From: Planctomycetota bacterium
GTDB taxonomy: Bacteria; Planctomycetota; B15-G4; JADJEK01
Assembly (NCBI GenBank): GCA_044225365.1
Contig: JBGAIQ010000016.1
Coordinates: forward strand, 32,001 to 96,000
Length of the DNA stretch: 64,000 nucleotides
Reading direction: 5' to 3'
Both the position numbers and the translations under genes were made by a program. Numbering within the stretch: position 1 is the stretch's first letter; the number at the start of each line of letters is the position of its first letter. Below are positions 16,843-27,148 of this stretch, in pieces. The notes beneath the pieces are model-generated. The model worked only from the letters and a program-made list of their open reading frames with translations. It was not told the origin of the DNA and ran no database searches.

Positions 16843-18735
16843 ATGTGCGGTATCGCGGGCGTCTTCTTGCACCGAGCCGATCGCGAGCCCGCGAGAGTTG
16901 CCCTTGAAGCCGCCGCGCGCCATCTCTCGCACCGCGGGCCCGATGGAACCGTCGTCCACGTGGAACCGGGGCTCGGGCTCGCTCACACTCGACTCGCGCT
17001 CGTCGACCTGGACCCGCGCAGCGACCAGCCGCTCTTCGACGCGAGCCGCCGCTACGCGATCGTCTACAACGGCGAGGTCTACAACTTCCGCGAACTGCGG
17101 TCGGAGTTGGAGGGCGAAGGCGCCGTCTTCCGCACCACGAGCGACACCGAGGTGTTGCTCGAGATGTTCGTACGGAGGGGAGTCGAAGCGAGTCTTCCGC
17201 GACTCGAAGGAATGTTCGCCTTCGCGTTCTGCGATCGTGCGACACGAACCCTCACGCTCGCTCGCGATCGCTTCGGGATCAAGCCGCTCTACTACACCGA
17301 ACCGCGAGACTGCGGCGGCGACGGTTCCGCGTTCTTGTTCGCGTCCGAGACGATGGCGTTCGCGCCCTTCATCCCGTTCGAGCCCGACGTCCCCGAGATC
17401 TGCTCGTACCTGCAGGCCCTCGACATGTACAAGGGCCCGACCACCCGCGGGTCGTTCCTGCGCGGTGTGCGGACGGTCCCTCCGGGTTTCGTCGTGACGG
17501 TGAAGCAGGGCGCCCCGGCCGAGCTGAAGCGATTCGTATCGCTCGTCGACCTGTGGGATCTCGAAGAGGCGAAGGCGCTCGATGCGCTCGCGGACGATGC
17601 GCTGGTCGACAAGGTCGACGCCGCGATGCACGCAAGCGTGAAGATGCAGCTCTTCGCCGACGCGAAGGTCGGCGTGTACTGCAGCGGTGGCGTGGATTCG
17701 TCGCTCGTCGCGGCGATCGCGAGCCGGTATCGCAAAGGTCTCCAACTCTTCCACTCCGACGTGGTCGGCAAGAAGAGCGAATACGCGATCGCGCAGCGCG
17801 TCGCGGCCCACCTCAAGGCGGATCTCCACAAGGTCGAGGTGCGGGACGACGACTTCATCGAGCGGCTGCCGCATGCGATCCGTCACTACGAGTATCCCTG
17901 CTCCGGGCGTCCGCAATCGGTCGCGTTCCTCGCGGTCTCCGAGCTGGTCTCGAAGCACGGCGTGAAGGGCGTTCTCTCCGGCGAAGGCTCTGACGAGTGC
18001 TTCCTCGGCTACGCGCGAATGGTCGCGAAGACGAAGGACCTCCTTCGCGATGTGCCGAGCCGCCTCGTCGCGCGGCTTGGTGGCGAGGACGCTCCTCGCG
18101 CACCGCGTCGAGGCGTCGCGGCGTCCCGCATCGCCACGGCGATGCTCCATCACTTCGATCGGGAGATCGAGCTCGATCAGGTCCTGAAGCTGCCGGTGGG
18201 CGACCGCGGCCGAGTCGGCGACCCGCGCAATCGAAAGAGCCTCGAGATGATCGGCTACCACCTGCGAACGTTGCTGCATCGCAACGATCGGCTCGGCATG
18301 GCGGCGAGCGTCGAAGCCAGATTCCCGTACCTCGACAGCTCGCTCGTGAGACTCGCGATCAACCTCCCGCATCGCGTGAAGGCTCGCTTCTCGCTCGCGT
18401 TCGCGGGATCGGGCCGATCGAACGTGGCCGCCAAGTGGATCGTGCGCAAGGTGGCCGACCGCTATCTCCCGCGCGAACTCTCAGCGATGCGGAAGAAGGG
18501 GTTCAAGGTCACGGCACAGAAGCGATTGAAGATCGCTCGCGGCGCGTTCGACGGCACGTTCGTCGCCGATCTGTTCGGCTACTCGGCGCGCGAGCTGGCG
18601 TTCCTCGAGAGTCACGCCTCGTCGTCGTTGAAGCAGCGACTCCTGCAGGTCAACGTGTGGGCCGAACTCTTCCTCGCGCGCGATTCGGAAGCGACGGTCC
18701 TGCAGCGCTTGCGGAGCAAGCTGTCGACGGTGTGA
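16843..18735 (+). CDS. asnB: Asparagine synthase (glutamine-hydrolysing) family amidotransferase
   Basis: N-terminal MCGIAG, HRGPDG, YNGEVYNF, ARDRFGIKPLYY, SGGVDSS, SGEGSDE, EARFPYLD. Confidence 0.9.
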   Translation: MCGIAGVFLHRADREPARVALEAAARHLSHRGPDGTVVHVEPGLGLAHTRLALVDLDPRSDQPLFDASRRYAIVYNGEVYNFRELRSELEGEGAVFRTTSDTEVLLEMFVRRGVEASLPRLEGMFAFAFCDRATRTLTLARDRFGIKPLYYTEPRDCGGDGSAFLFASETMAFAPFIPFEPDVPEICSYLQALDMYKGPTTRGSFLRGVRTVPPGFVVTVKQGAPAELKRFVSLVDLWDLEEAKALDALADDALVDKVDAAMHASVKMQLFADAKVGVYCSGGVDSSLVAAIASRYRKGLQLFHSDVVGKKSEYAIAQRVAAHLKADLHKVEVRDDDFIERLPHAIRHYEYPCSGRPQSVAFLAVSELVSKHGVKGVLSGEGSDECFLGYARMVAKTKDLLRDVPSRLVARLGGEDAPRAPRRGVAASRIATAMLHHFDREIELDQVLKLPVGDRGRVGDPRNRKSLEMIGYHLRTLLHRNDRLGMAASVEARFPYLDSSLVRLAINLPHRVKARFSLAFAGSGRSNVAAKWIVRKVADRYLPRELSAMRKKGFKVTAQKRLKIARGAFDGTFVADLFGYSARELAFLESHASSSLKQRLLQVNVWAELFLARDSEATVLQRLRSKLSTV

Positions 18736-18751
18736 ATCCGTCGCGTCGTCG

Positions 18752-19984
18752 TCAGCGACGACGCTTGCGGCGCGCGAGGTGATACTCGATCAGCTCACCG
18801 AGCCGGGTGTCGCACAGTCCGCGATCGTGGGTGCGTTGCATGAGGTCGACGCAAGGCGCGCTGTTGCCTTCGATGAGCACGGGGCCACGCGAGGAGAACC
18901 CGACGTCCCATCCGATGATGTAGTACTCCGGAAAGGCGTGGTGCGCCTTCTCGACGATCGAGATCGCTTCGAGGAAGTCCGGCAGCTTGCGGCCGACGAT
19001 CCGGACGTGCGTATCGGGATGTTCCTCGAACCACGGCGCCCTGGGATCGAGCAACGTCGCGCGCGAGAGCTCGCCCGTCATCATGTTCACGGCCGCACCG
19101 ACGCCTCCGGCATGGAAGTTGTCGACGATCGCCGTGCCGCGACCCATCCGAAACGTACCCCAGATGATCTCCGGGACGTGATCCTCGTCGAGGCACGACA
19201 GCACGCGCAGCGTGCAAAGAGCGTCGCCGGTCAGATCCCGCAGAACGGGATGCGAGAACATTCGCTCCTGGATCATCAGAGGAACGGCCTTCGAGGCTTC
19301 CTTCCAGCGCGCGATGAGTTCGTCCGAGGTGAACGTCTCGATCGCGTCGGTGGCCTTCCCGCGATGGAGTTCGAATCGACCGTCGCCCTTCCACTCGTAG
19401 ACCTGCGCGCCGCGACCGCCGGCGGCGATACGCGGCTTCACGAAGAGGTCGTACTCCGGCAGCTTCGTGGCGGCGAGCCAGCGGATCTCGCCACGCTCGC
19501 ACGTGGCGTAGTGGACCGGCATGGGGATCCCGTTGGCCTTGCAGCGCTCGTAGCAGGCCTCCTTGTCGGAGAGCCAGCGTCGCTTCGGGCGATCGCGGAG
19601 CATGCTGAACGCGCCCTTGTACTTCGTCTCGTGACGATGCAGGAACTCGACGGCGTCGCCGCGATGTGTGGGCTCGTAGAGGCGATAGAGCCAGTACTTC
19701 TCCGGCGGGATGGAGAAGCGCGTCGCGCAGTCGAGCTGCTCGCAGAACAGCCGCAATTTCGACTTCGCCGTGCGGTCGGCGAGCGTCGCGTATTTCTTGG
19801 TGAGCGCATAGGAACGGCGAGCCGCGCGGAACGGATAGGCGAGCTGGCGGAGGACGAGCTCCGCGCGCTTGCCGATCGAGCGTGGGCGGCGCCATCGCTC
19901 GCGGGCGATTCGCAGGTGCACCTTGTGGGAGAGTGCCTTCGCTCCGAAGAGCCCGGGCCAAGAGATTCCGAGGGGCGGTCGCAT
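18752..19984 (-). CDS. Sugar-transfer-associated ATP-grasp family protein
   Basis: LSDKEACY, FVKPRIAAGGRG, IQERMFSHP, LCTLRV, VDNFHAGG, IGWDVGFSSRGPVLIEGN. Confidence 0.8.
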   Translation of the reverse strand: MRPPLGISWPGLFGAKALSHKVHLRIARERWRRPRSIGKRAELVLRQLAYPFRAARRSYALTKKYATLADRTAKSKLRLFCEQLDCATRFSIPPEKYWLYRLYEPTHRGDAVEFLHRHETKYKGAFSMLRDRPKRRWLSDKEACYERCKANGIPMPVHYATCERGEIRWLAATKLPEYDLFVKPRIAAGGRGAQVYEWKGDGRFELHRGKATDAIETFTSDELIARWKEASKAVPLMIQERMFSHPVLRDLTGDALCTLRVLSCLDEDHVPEIIWGTFRMGRGTAIVDNFHAGGVGAAVNMMTGELSRATLLDPRAPWFEEHPDTHVRIVGRKLPDFLEAISIVEKAHHAFPEYYIIGWDVGFSSRGPVLIEGNSAPCVDLMQRTHDRGLCDTRLGELIEYHLARRKRRR

Positions 19985-20324
19985 GGAGGTGGCCCCGAAA
20001 GGGGCTCATCCGTTCTGCTCGAGGAGCGACGACGGCGATGCTAATGCGAACTCGGGCAAGGGGAATTCGTGTAGCGAAAGTGTCATGGCGAGGAACTACG
20101 CGCGCCTCTCGCGGTGGAAGCGGTAGCGGCACGAATCGTCGCCGAATCGCCGAATGCCGCTGTTCTGATTCGAGAGTGTCGGGCGTCGAAATGCTTCGTC
20201 TTCGTCATCTCCGATCGAACGTGGGACTCGCATCGAGATCGACGTGACGTGCTTGTTGAGCGAGCCGTGGCGCTTATCCTCGCTCCCAACTCGACCGCGC
20301 CCACGACGACGAAGAGTCCGAACC

Positions 20325-22094
20325 ATGAACCGCAGTCCTACGCTCGTGCGATCGCACGGCTCCCGCACCGCATCCATCGGTCTTGCGATCGCGCTCACCG
20401 CGACCGCGTGCTCGACTTCCGGCTCGAACTCCGCGGAGGGTTCGAACGCGGCCTACGACGCCCTCGCGAAGCAGTTCGTCACGTGGCATCTGAAAACGCA
20501 TCCCTTCACCGCGACGCAGCTCGGCGTGCACGACTACGACGCGCGGATCGAGGATCGGAGCAAGGCGGCGATCGCGGCGAACGTCGCGCGACTCCACGAG
20601 TTCGCCGCGAGCTTCGGCGGCGTCGATGCGGGAAAGCTCTCGCTCGATCGCCAGCTCGACCTGGATTACGTGAAGGGCGTCGTGGAGTCGCAGCTCCTCG
20701 AGCTCGAAGTCGTGAAGTCCTACGCGCACGATCCGGATGCGTACACGACGTCCGCGACGGAAGCGGCGTTCTATCTCATCAAGCGCGACTTCGCGCCCGC
20801 CGAGCAGCGCCTCGCCTCGCTCATCGCGCGTGAGCGTTCCATCCCGGCGTTCCTGGCGACCGCGAAGGAGAATCTCGTCGCTCCGCCGCGCATCCTGACG
20901 CAGATCGCGCTCGAGCAGATCGACGACAATCGCGGCTTCTTCGAGCACGACGTCCCGCTCGCGTTCGAGAAGGTGACCGATCCGAAGTTGCGCAGTGAAT
21001 TCGAAGCCGCGAACGCCGCGGTGATCGCGGCGTTCAGCGACTTCAAGACCTACCTGAACGACGATCTGCTCCCGCGCTCGAACGGCGATTTCGTGCTCGG
21101 CGAGAAGACGTACCGCGAACTCCTGAAGGCGCAGGAAGGCATCGACCTGCCGATCGATTCCCTGCTCGCGATCGCGCGCGCCGATCTGAAGAAGAACCAG
21201 GCCGCGTTCGTCGAGACCGCGAAGAAGATCGACCCGTCGCGATCCGCGATCGAAGTGTTCGAGGCGATCTCTCGCCAGCATCCGAAACCGGAAGAGTTGC
21301 TCGCGACGACACAGGCGTCGCTTGATTCGATCCGCTCGTACATCGTCGAGCACGATCTCATCACGATCCCCAAGTCGCCGCCCGCGACGGTGGCCGAGAC
21401 TCCGCCGTTCCAGCGCTCGACGACCTCTGCCTCGATGGACACGCCCGGTCCCTACGAGAAGGGCGCGCGGGAGGCGTACTACTTCATGACATTGCCGGAT
21501 CCGACCAGCGGACCCGAGGACGTCGAGGAGTTCATGCGGCAGTGGTACGTCCCGATGATCTCGAACGTCTCGGTCCACGAGGCGTATCCGGGTCACTACA
21601 TCCAGTTCCTCTATGCCGACTCGTTCCCTTCCGACATCCGCAAGGTCTTCGGAGCGAACACGAACATCGAGGGCTGGGCGCACTACTGCGAGACGATGAT
21701 GCTCGATCAGGGCTTCCACGCCGACGACCCCGCGTACCGCCTCGCGCAACTGCAAGATGCGCTGCTGCGCGACGCGCGCTTCGTCGTCGGGATCTCGATG
21801 CACACTCGCGGCATGACGATCGAAGAAGCCGAGAAGTTCTTCGAGAAGGAAGCGTATCAGCCCGCGCCCGTCGCGATCTCGGAGAGCAAGCGGGGGACGA
21901 CCGACGCGCTCTACGGGTACTACACGCTCGGCAAACTCATGATCCTGAAGCTGCGCGACGACTACTTCGCCGCGCATCCGAAGGCGACGCTGCGCGAGTT
22001 CCACGATGCATTCATCCGGCTCGGCCCATTGCCGATACCGTCGATCCGGCGGGCCATGCTCGGTTCCACGGGAGCGATCCTTCCGCCCGCCTGA
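20325..22094 (+). CDS. DUF885 family lipoprotein (HEAYPGH putative metallopeptidase)
   Basis: Lipobox ATAC; HEAYPGHYIQ, EGWAHYCE, YTLGKLMILKLR, FHDAFIRLG. Confidence 0.88.
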   Translation: MNRSPTLVRSHGSRTASIGLAIALTATACSTSGSNSAEGSNAAYDALAKQFVTWHLKTHPFTATQLGVHDYDARIEDRSKAAIAANVARLHEFAASFGGVDAGKLSLDRQLDLDYVKGVVESQLLELEVVKSYAHDPDAYTTSATEAAFYLIKRDFAPAEQRLASLIARERSIPAFLATAKENLVAPPRILTQIALEQIDDNRGFFEHDVPLAFEKVTDPKLRSEFEAANAAVIAAFSDFKTYLNDDLLPRSNGDFVLGEKTYRELLKAQEGIDLPIDSLLAIARADLKKNQAAFVETAKKIDPSRSAIEVFEAISRQHPKPEELLATTQASLDSIRSYIVEHDLITIPKSPPATVAETPPFQRSTTSASMDTPGPYEKGAREAYYFMTLPDPTSGPEDVEEFMRQWYVPMISNVSVHEAYPGHYIQFLYADSFPSDIRKVFGANTNIEGWAHYCETMMLDQGFHADDPAYRLAQLQDALLRDARFVVGISMHTRGMTIEEAEKFFEKEAYQPAPVAISESKRGTTDALYGYYTLGKLMILKLRDDYFAAHPKATLREFHDAFIRLGPLPIPSIRRAMLGSTGAILPPA

Positions 22095-22140
22095 GTGCGT
22101 GGCTCGCTCCGATTCCCAACGAAACGTCAAAGGGCCGACT

Positions 22141-23085
22141 ATGAATACGAACTCGCTGCCACGCTCGTTGTTCCTGCTGTCGTGCTTCGTCCTGATGGGA
22201 GTCGCGGGAGCTCGAGCGACGGAGGATCCCAAGACTCCCGCGCCCGCCCTGCGCCACTCGTTCCTCACGATGGGGAGCAAGACGGCGATCGTCTCCGAGG
22301 ACGGCAAGATCGAATGGGAGTACACGCCGGGGACTCGCGACGGATTCGTGCTGCCCACGGGAAACGTGCTGCTTGCGTTCGCCGACCGCGTCGAGGAAGT
22401 CACGCGCGAGAAGAAGATCGTCTTCTCCTACAAGATCGACCCGAGCAATCAGGAGATCGGGACGACGCAGCGGCTCTACGACGGCAACACGCTCGTCACC
22501 GAGCTCGGCAAGAACCCGCGGCTCCTCGAAGTCGATCCCGCGGGCAAGGTCGTCCACCAGTTCGCCCTGCAACCGGAGACCGACAACGCGCACCTGCAGA
22601 CGCGCATGGCGCGACAACTCAAGAACGGCAACTTCCTCGTGCCGCACCTGCTCGCGTTCGCCGTGAAGGAGTACACGCCGGAGGGCGAGATCGTGCGCAC
22701 CTTCAAGAGCGACCTCCCCGAGGTCAACGGCCGCAAGGAGGAGAACTGGCCGTTCACCGCGATCCGCCTCGACGACGGCAACACGGTGTGCTCCTTGACG
22801 CACGGCAACAAGGTCGTCGAGCTCGATCCCAAGGGCGCGATCGTGTGGAAGATCACGAACGACGACGTCGGCGGCCTCTTCAAGGACTGCTGCGGCTGCC
22901 AGCGCCTCGCCAACGGCAACACGGTGATCGGCAGCCACGCCGCGAGCACGGGCACCTTCCTCGTCGAGGTGAATCGCGACAAGAAGATCGTGTGGACGAG
23001 CGAGCATCCCTACGCCGCGAACGTCCATCACTTCCAGATCCTGACGACGAACGGCAAGCCCGAGCCGGGCACACCTATGAAATGA
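22141..23085 (+). CDS. Exported beta-propeller protein (PQQ-like/arylsulfotransferase-like repeats)
   Basis: Signal peptide; repeats LPTGNVL, LYDGNTL, LKNGNFL, LDDGNTV, LANGNTV followed by EVxxxGKIVW-type segments. Confidence 0.75.
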   Translation: MNTNSLPRSLFLLSCFVLMGVAGARATEDPKTPAPALRHSFLTMGSKTAIVSEDGKIEWEYTPGTRDGFVLPTGNVLLAFADRVEEVTREKKIVFSYKIDPSNQEIGTTQRLYDGNTLVTELGKNPRLLEVDPAGKVVHQFALQPETDNAHLQTRMARQLKNGNFLVPHLLAFAVKEYTPEGEIVRTFKSDLPEVNGRKEENWPFTAIRLDDGNTVCSLTHGNKVVELDPKGAIVWKITNDDVGGLFKDCCGCQRLANGNTVIGSHAASTGTFLVEVNRDKKIVWTSEHPYAANVHHFQILTTNGKPEPGTPMK

Positions 23086-23158
23086 TTCGTCGGGGCGGAC
23101 GGCTGTCCGCACGGCCTGATCCGCCCCCCGGCGCGCCCTGTTCGATGTGGAGGAAGGC

Positions 23159-23800
23159 ATGAAACTCGCTCCCGGAAGCATCGCTCTCGGTTTGGTCATC
23201 GGGATCGGCGGCGGACTCGTGGGTGGGCGGCTGATATCCGGTGGGGACGAGACTCCGGCCGCGGAATCGCCCGCGCTCGATCGCGATCGTCTCGCATCCA
23301 TCGAGAAGCAGCTCGGAGGTCTCGCCGTGCAGCTCCAGCGCGTCGAAACGACGCTCGCGGTGAAGCCTGAAGTCTCGCGCCAGGCTGTGACGGAGAAGAG
23401 CGACAAGCCCGACGATGTCTCCGTCCTGCTTCGACGCCTGCAGTCGATGATCGATGGACTTGCGGCGAAGACGGGCGCGGCCCCGTCGGGTCACATTCCT
23501 CTGGAGACGATTCTCCAGCGCGAGGACGCGCCCGCCGACTGGAACGAGATCCAGAAACTGATGAGCGAGGACACTCGGAACCGATTGAAGTTCAAGACCG
23601 AGGACGAAGTGCTGCGCTGTCTAGGGAAGCCGGACTCGGTCCTAACGGATGGACAGGGCAATGTCCTGTGGGACTATTCGCGACCGCTTTCGGAGGAACT
23701 GAAGCGCCAGTTCGGCGGATCCGTTAAGAGCAAGGAATTCGTGGAGGTCAGATGGACCGCCGGGCGAGTCGGATCGATCTCGTGGAACATCTTGAATTAG
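23159..23800 (+). CDS. Membrane-anchored hypothetical protein with coiled coil and BamE/SmpA-like C-terminal motif
   Basis: N-terminal TM (IALGLVIGIGGGLVGG); TEDEVLRCLGKPDSV...WDY resembles the SmpA/OmlA fold; GGAGGAAGG RBS. Confidence 0.6.
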   Translation: MKLAPGSIALGLVIGIGGGLVGGRLISGGDETPAAESPALDRDRLASIEKQLGGLAVQLQRVETTLAVKPEVSRQAVTEKSDKPDDVSVLLRRLQSMIDGLAAKTGAAPSGHIPLETILQREDAPADWNEIQKLMSEDTRNRLKFKTEDEVLRCLGKPDSVLTDGQGNVLWDYSRPLSEELKRQFGGSVKSKEFVEVRWTAGRVGSISWNILN

Positions 23801-23900
23801 CGAGGTCGCGAAGTCGTACGGACGTGCCGAGTCACCTACCCGAATCGACCTCGCTCCTTGGCCGCCCGTTCGAACACGTCGCGGCGAGCTTCGCGGCGCA

Positions 23901-25190
23901 TCAGTATCGTCCGCGCTCGAGCGCGGCGGTCGCATCACGGAAGTGGAGCGCGTTTTCACGGACCCTGGGACTTTCGTCCTGGGCGAGCGTCTCGATCAGC
24001 CCGCAGAAATCGGGGTCGACGAAGATCTTCCCGTCGCGCCCGAACCGCCAGTGAGGCCATGCGACCACGAGCAAGGCGACGGCATCTGCGCGCAGTCGTT
24101 CGTCGGAGAATCGAGGGATCTGCCGACACGACGCCCGCATCTCCGATTCGAGGAGCTGGGAGCACGCGGTCACATCGCGGTCCATCACGAGCCTCTCCGC
24201 GAGTTGGCAGAGCGCCAGGAATCGCGCCTCGGCGGAGACGGACCTCAATAGGACGAGATCGGAATCGATGTCGCGCCCGCTCTTCACCGCGCTGATCAAG
24301 GGCAGCGCGAGATAGTCGGCCTGGACTTCGGGATCGCCTTCGAACGAAAGGCCGGTCTGCATTGCAAAGGCCTCGAAGCGCTGGCGGTCGGCGATGAGTA
24401 GATCCGCGGTTTTCAGGAATCGACGACAGAGTGCGAGCGCCTGGTGCGCGTTGGACTTTTCGATGGCGTCCTTCGGTAGCGGGATCCGGAACAGGACCGC
24501 ATCGAGGAACTCGAGGCCGAACTTTTGCGACATTTCGCAGCAGGCCTGGGAAGCATCGAGGCCCGTGTCGCGGCGAACGATCGCGGAGTAGATGGCGGCC
24601 CGCACGGTCGGTTCGTCCGCCACGCGGAGTCGCGCCGCGACCTGCAGGAACGCGCGTTGACTCTCGACGGATAGGGAATCGAATCGTTGCGCGAGCGCGA
24701 GAAATCCGGGCACCACCTCCTCGCGCGGGAGTCGCGCGATTTCGTCGCCCGTGGAATAGCCGTTCGCTCCCCGCTCCAGTCCGGCGAGGAGTATCGCCGC
24801 GCGATCGGCGGACGACGGTTCTTCGACGTGGGGGATGGCGGCGGGAGCCGGTTCCGGAACGACGACCGGATCGTCGTCGGACTCGTCCCCGTCGACGATC
24901 TCGTCGCTCTCCGGCTCCTCCACCTTCTCGGACCTTGGCGGTGGATCGTCCTGCAGCACGTCGTCCACGATTCTCGGATCGTAGAAGGCTTCACCCGAGC
25001 GATAGACGTCATGGAACTGCGACTCGGGGATCTGCGATGGCGCTGGCCCCTTGCCCCAGCCTCCGGCGCCATCTCCCAGCTCGCCGCGATCGAGCGGCGT
25101 GGTCGTGCCTTCCGGTGCGCCGCATCCGTGCACGGTCATCGCGGCCAGGAACAAGGGCAACGAGCGCGCCGCGATGACTCGAATCGACAC
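23901..25190 (-). CDS. Hypothetical lipoprotein with acidic linker and HEAT-like helical region
   Basis: GTG 25190 follows a GGGAG RBS; lipobox-like VHGC; LAQDESPRVRENALH is HEAT-like. Confidence 0.55.
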   Translation of the reverse strand: MSIRVIAARSLPLFLAAMTVHGCGAPEGTTTPLDRGELGDGAGGWGKGPAPSQIPESQFHDVYRSGEAFYDPRIVDDVLQDDPPPRSEKVEEPESDEIVDGDESDDDPVVVPEPAPAAIPHVEEPSSADRAAILLAGLERGANGYSTGDEIARLPREEVVPGFLALAQRFDSLSVESQRAFLQVAARLRVADEPTVRAAIYSAIVRRDTGLDASQACCEMSQKFGLEFLDAVLFRIPLPKDAIEKSNAHQALALCRRFLKTADLLIADRQRFEAFAMQTGLSFEGDPEVQADYLALPLISAVKSGRDIDSDLVLLRSVSAEARFLALCQLAERLVMDRDVTACSQLLESEMRASCRQIPRFSDERLRADAVALLVVAWPHWRFGRDGKIFVDPDFCGLIETLAQDESPRVRENALHFRDATAALERGRY

Positions 25191-25315
25191 TTGTTCTCCC
25201 TGTTTCGACCGCATCGTAAGCGCGGTCAATCTCGCCTGCTCCTCAGAATCTCTCTCGCACTTCCCCCGCATTCATGGGAACCTGTGGGGATGCACCTCCT
25301 ACCCCGAAAGCCTTG

Positions 25316-27145
25316 ATGTCCACTTCCGAAGAAACGCCCGCCGCGCCCGCGGCACTGGGCTTTGCGGCCCTCGGCGTTGCGCCCGAGCTCGTCTCCACGT
25401 TGACCGCCCTCGGCTACGAGGAGCCGACGCCGATCCAGGGCCAGGCGATTCCGCCGTTCCTCGAGGGGCGCGACGTGCTGGGGCAGGCGGGGACCGGGAC
25501 CGGCAAGACGGCCGCGTTCGCCCTCCCGCTCTTGCAGCGCCTGCCGAAAGACGAGCCGAAGAAGGGCTGTCCGCAGGCGATCGTGCTCGTTCCCACGCGG
25601 GAGCTCGCGATGCAGGTGGCGGAGGCGATCCACAAATATGGGCGCGAGAAGAAGGTCAGCGTGCTGCCGATCTACGGCGGGCAATCGATGATCCAGCAGT
25701 TGCGAGTGCTTGATCGCGGAGTGCGGATCGTGGTGGCGACGCCCGGCCGCGCACTCGATCACTTGACGCGCGGATCGCTCGATCTCTCGGCAGTGAAGAC
25801 GATCGTGCTCGACGAAGCCGACGAGATGCTCGACATGGGCTTCGCCGAGGACATCGACGCGATCTTCGAGAAGACACCGCGCGACCGCCAGACCGCGCTC
25901 TTCTCCGCGACGCTGCCGCCGCGAATCCTGTCGATCGCGAACCGCCATCTGAAGAACCCGGTCACGATCTCGATCGCGCGCGAGAAGACGAAGGCCGGCG
26001 AGGCGCCGCGAGTGAGTCACGTCGTGTACATCGTGCCGCGCGCGCACAAGCATACGGCGCTCGGCCGCGTGCTCGACATGGAGGCGCCCACGTCGGCGAT
26101 CGTGTTCTGCCGCACGCGCATCGAGGTCGACGAGCTCACCGAGGCCATGAACGGGCGCGGGTTCCGCGCCGAGGCGCTGCACGGCGGATTCGCGCAGGAG
26201 CAGCGTGATCGCGTGATGAAGCGATTCCGCGGCGGTCAGTCCGAGCTGCTGATCGCGACCGATGTCGCCGCGCGCGGCCTCGACATCGAGCACATCTCGC
26301 ACGTCGTCAACTACGACGTGCCCTCCGAGCCGGACATCTACATCCATCGCATCGGCCGCACCGGCCGCGCGGGTCGCGAAGGCGTGGCGATCACGTTCGT
26401 CGAGCCGCGCGAGCATCGGATGGTGAAGAACATCCAGAACCTGATGCAGCAGAAGATCGTCGTCGCGACGATCCCGACGGTCGCCGATCTGCGGCAGCGC
26501 CGGCTCGAGCTGACGCGCACCGCGTTGCGCGAGGCGATCGTCGCCGGGAACCTCGATGTCTTCCGCAGCGCGATCGCGGAGCTCGCCTCGGAGTTCGATC
26601 CGATGGACGTCGCCGCCGCGGCGATGAAGCTCGCGCACGAGGCGAGCCACGAGGAGTCCGAGGCCCAGAAGGACGAGCAGGACGTCCCGCTCCAGGAGTT
26701 CGCGCACCATCCGGGGCCGCCGGACGGAGATCGGTCGCGGCCGCGCGACTTCGGGGGAAAGTCGTTCCGCAAGAAGCCGGAATGGGAGACCGCGCGCATC
26801 TTCATCGGTGCGGGCCGCAACGAAGGGCTCCGCCCGGGCGATCTCGTCGGCGCGATCGCGAACGAATCCGGTCTCGTCGGCAAGGAGATCGGGATCCTCG
26901 AGATCGCCGATCGGTTCGCCATCGTCGAGGTCCCGGCCGCGAAGGCCGAGGACGTGATCCGCGCGCTGAAGCGCACCAAATTGCGCGGGAAGCAGCCGAC
27001 GATCCGTTTCGATCGTGGACCTGCGTATCCACCGAGTCGCGCTCCGGGTCGCTCCTTGCCGCCGGGCGACAAGAAGGGCGGGGGCGGCCTCGAGCCGGCA
27101 CCCCGCCCCAAATTCTCGTCGAAGAAACGCTTCAAGTCCGAGTGA
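25316..27145 (+). CDS. deaD: DEAD-box RNA helicase DeaD/CsdA with DbpA-type RNA-binding domain
   Basis: PTPIQ, AGTGTGKT, PTRELA, TPGR, DEAD, SAT, ARGLD, HRIGRTGRAG; C-terminal RPGDLVGAIANE domain. Confidence 0.92.
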   Translation: MSTSEETPAAPAALGFAALGVAPELVSTLTALGYEEPTPIQGQAIPPFLEGRDVLGQAGTGTGKTAAFALPLLQRLPKDEPKKGCPQAIVLVPTRELAMQVAEAIHKYGREKKVSVLPIYGGQSMIQQLRVLDRGVRIVVATPGRALDHLTRGSLDLSAVKTIVLDEADEMLDMGFAEDIDAIFEKTPRDRQTALFSATLPPRILSIANRHLKNPVTISIAREKTKAGEAPRVSHVVYIVPRAHKHTALGRVLDMEAPTSAIVFCRTRIEVDELTEAMNGRGFRAEALHGGFAQEQRDRVMKRFRGGQSELLIATDVAARGLDIEHISHVVNYDVPSEPDIYIHRIGRTGRAGREGVAITFVEPREHRMVKNIQNLMQQKIVVATIPTVADLRQRRLELTRTALREAIVAGNLDVFRSAIAELASEFDPMDVAAAAMKLAHEASHEESEAQKDEQDVPLQEFAHHPGPPDGDRSRPRDFGGKSFRKKPEWETARIFIGAGRNEGLRPGDLVGAIANESGLVGKEIGILEIADRFAIVEVPAAKAEDVIRALKRTKLRGKQPTIRFDRGPAYPPSRAPGRSLPPGDKKGGGGLEPAPRPKFSSKKRFKSE

Positions 27146-27148
27146 GCC

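Noticed and set aside
16843-18735. AsnB as a lasso-peptide cyclase
   Set aside because: It has an intact N-terminal Cys glutaminase domain, and no B1/B2 proteins or precursor peptide lie nearby.
18752-19984. ATP-grasp as a RiPP (graspetide) ligase
   Set aside because: Motifs fit the sugar-transfer-associated family and there is no adjacent precursor with repeated cores.
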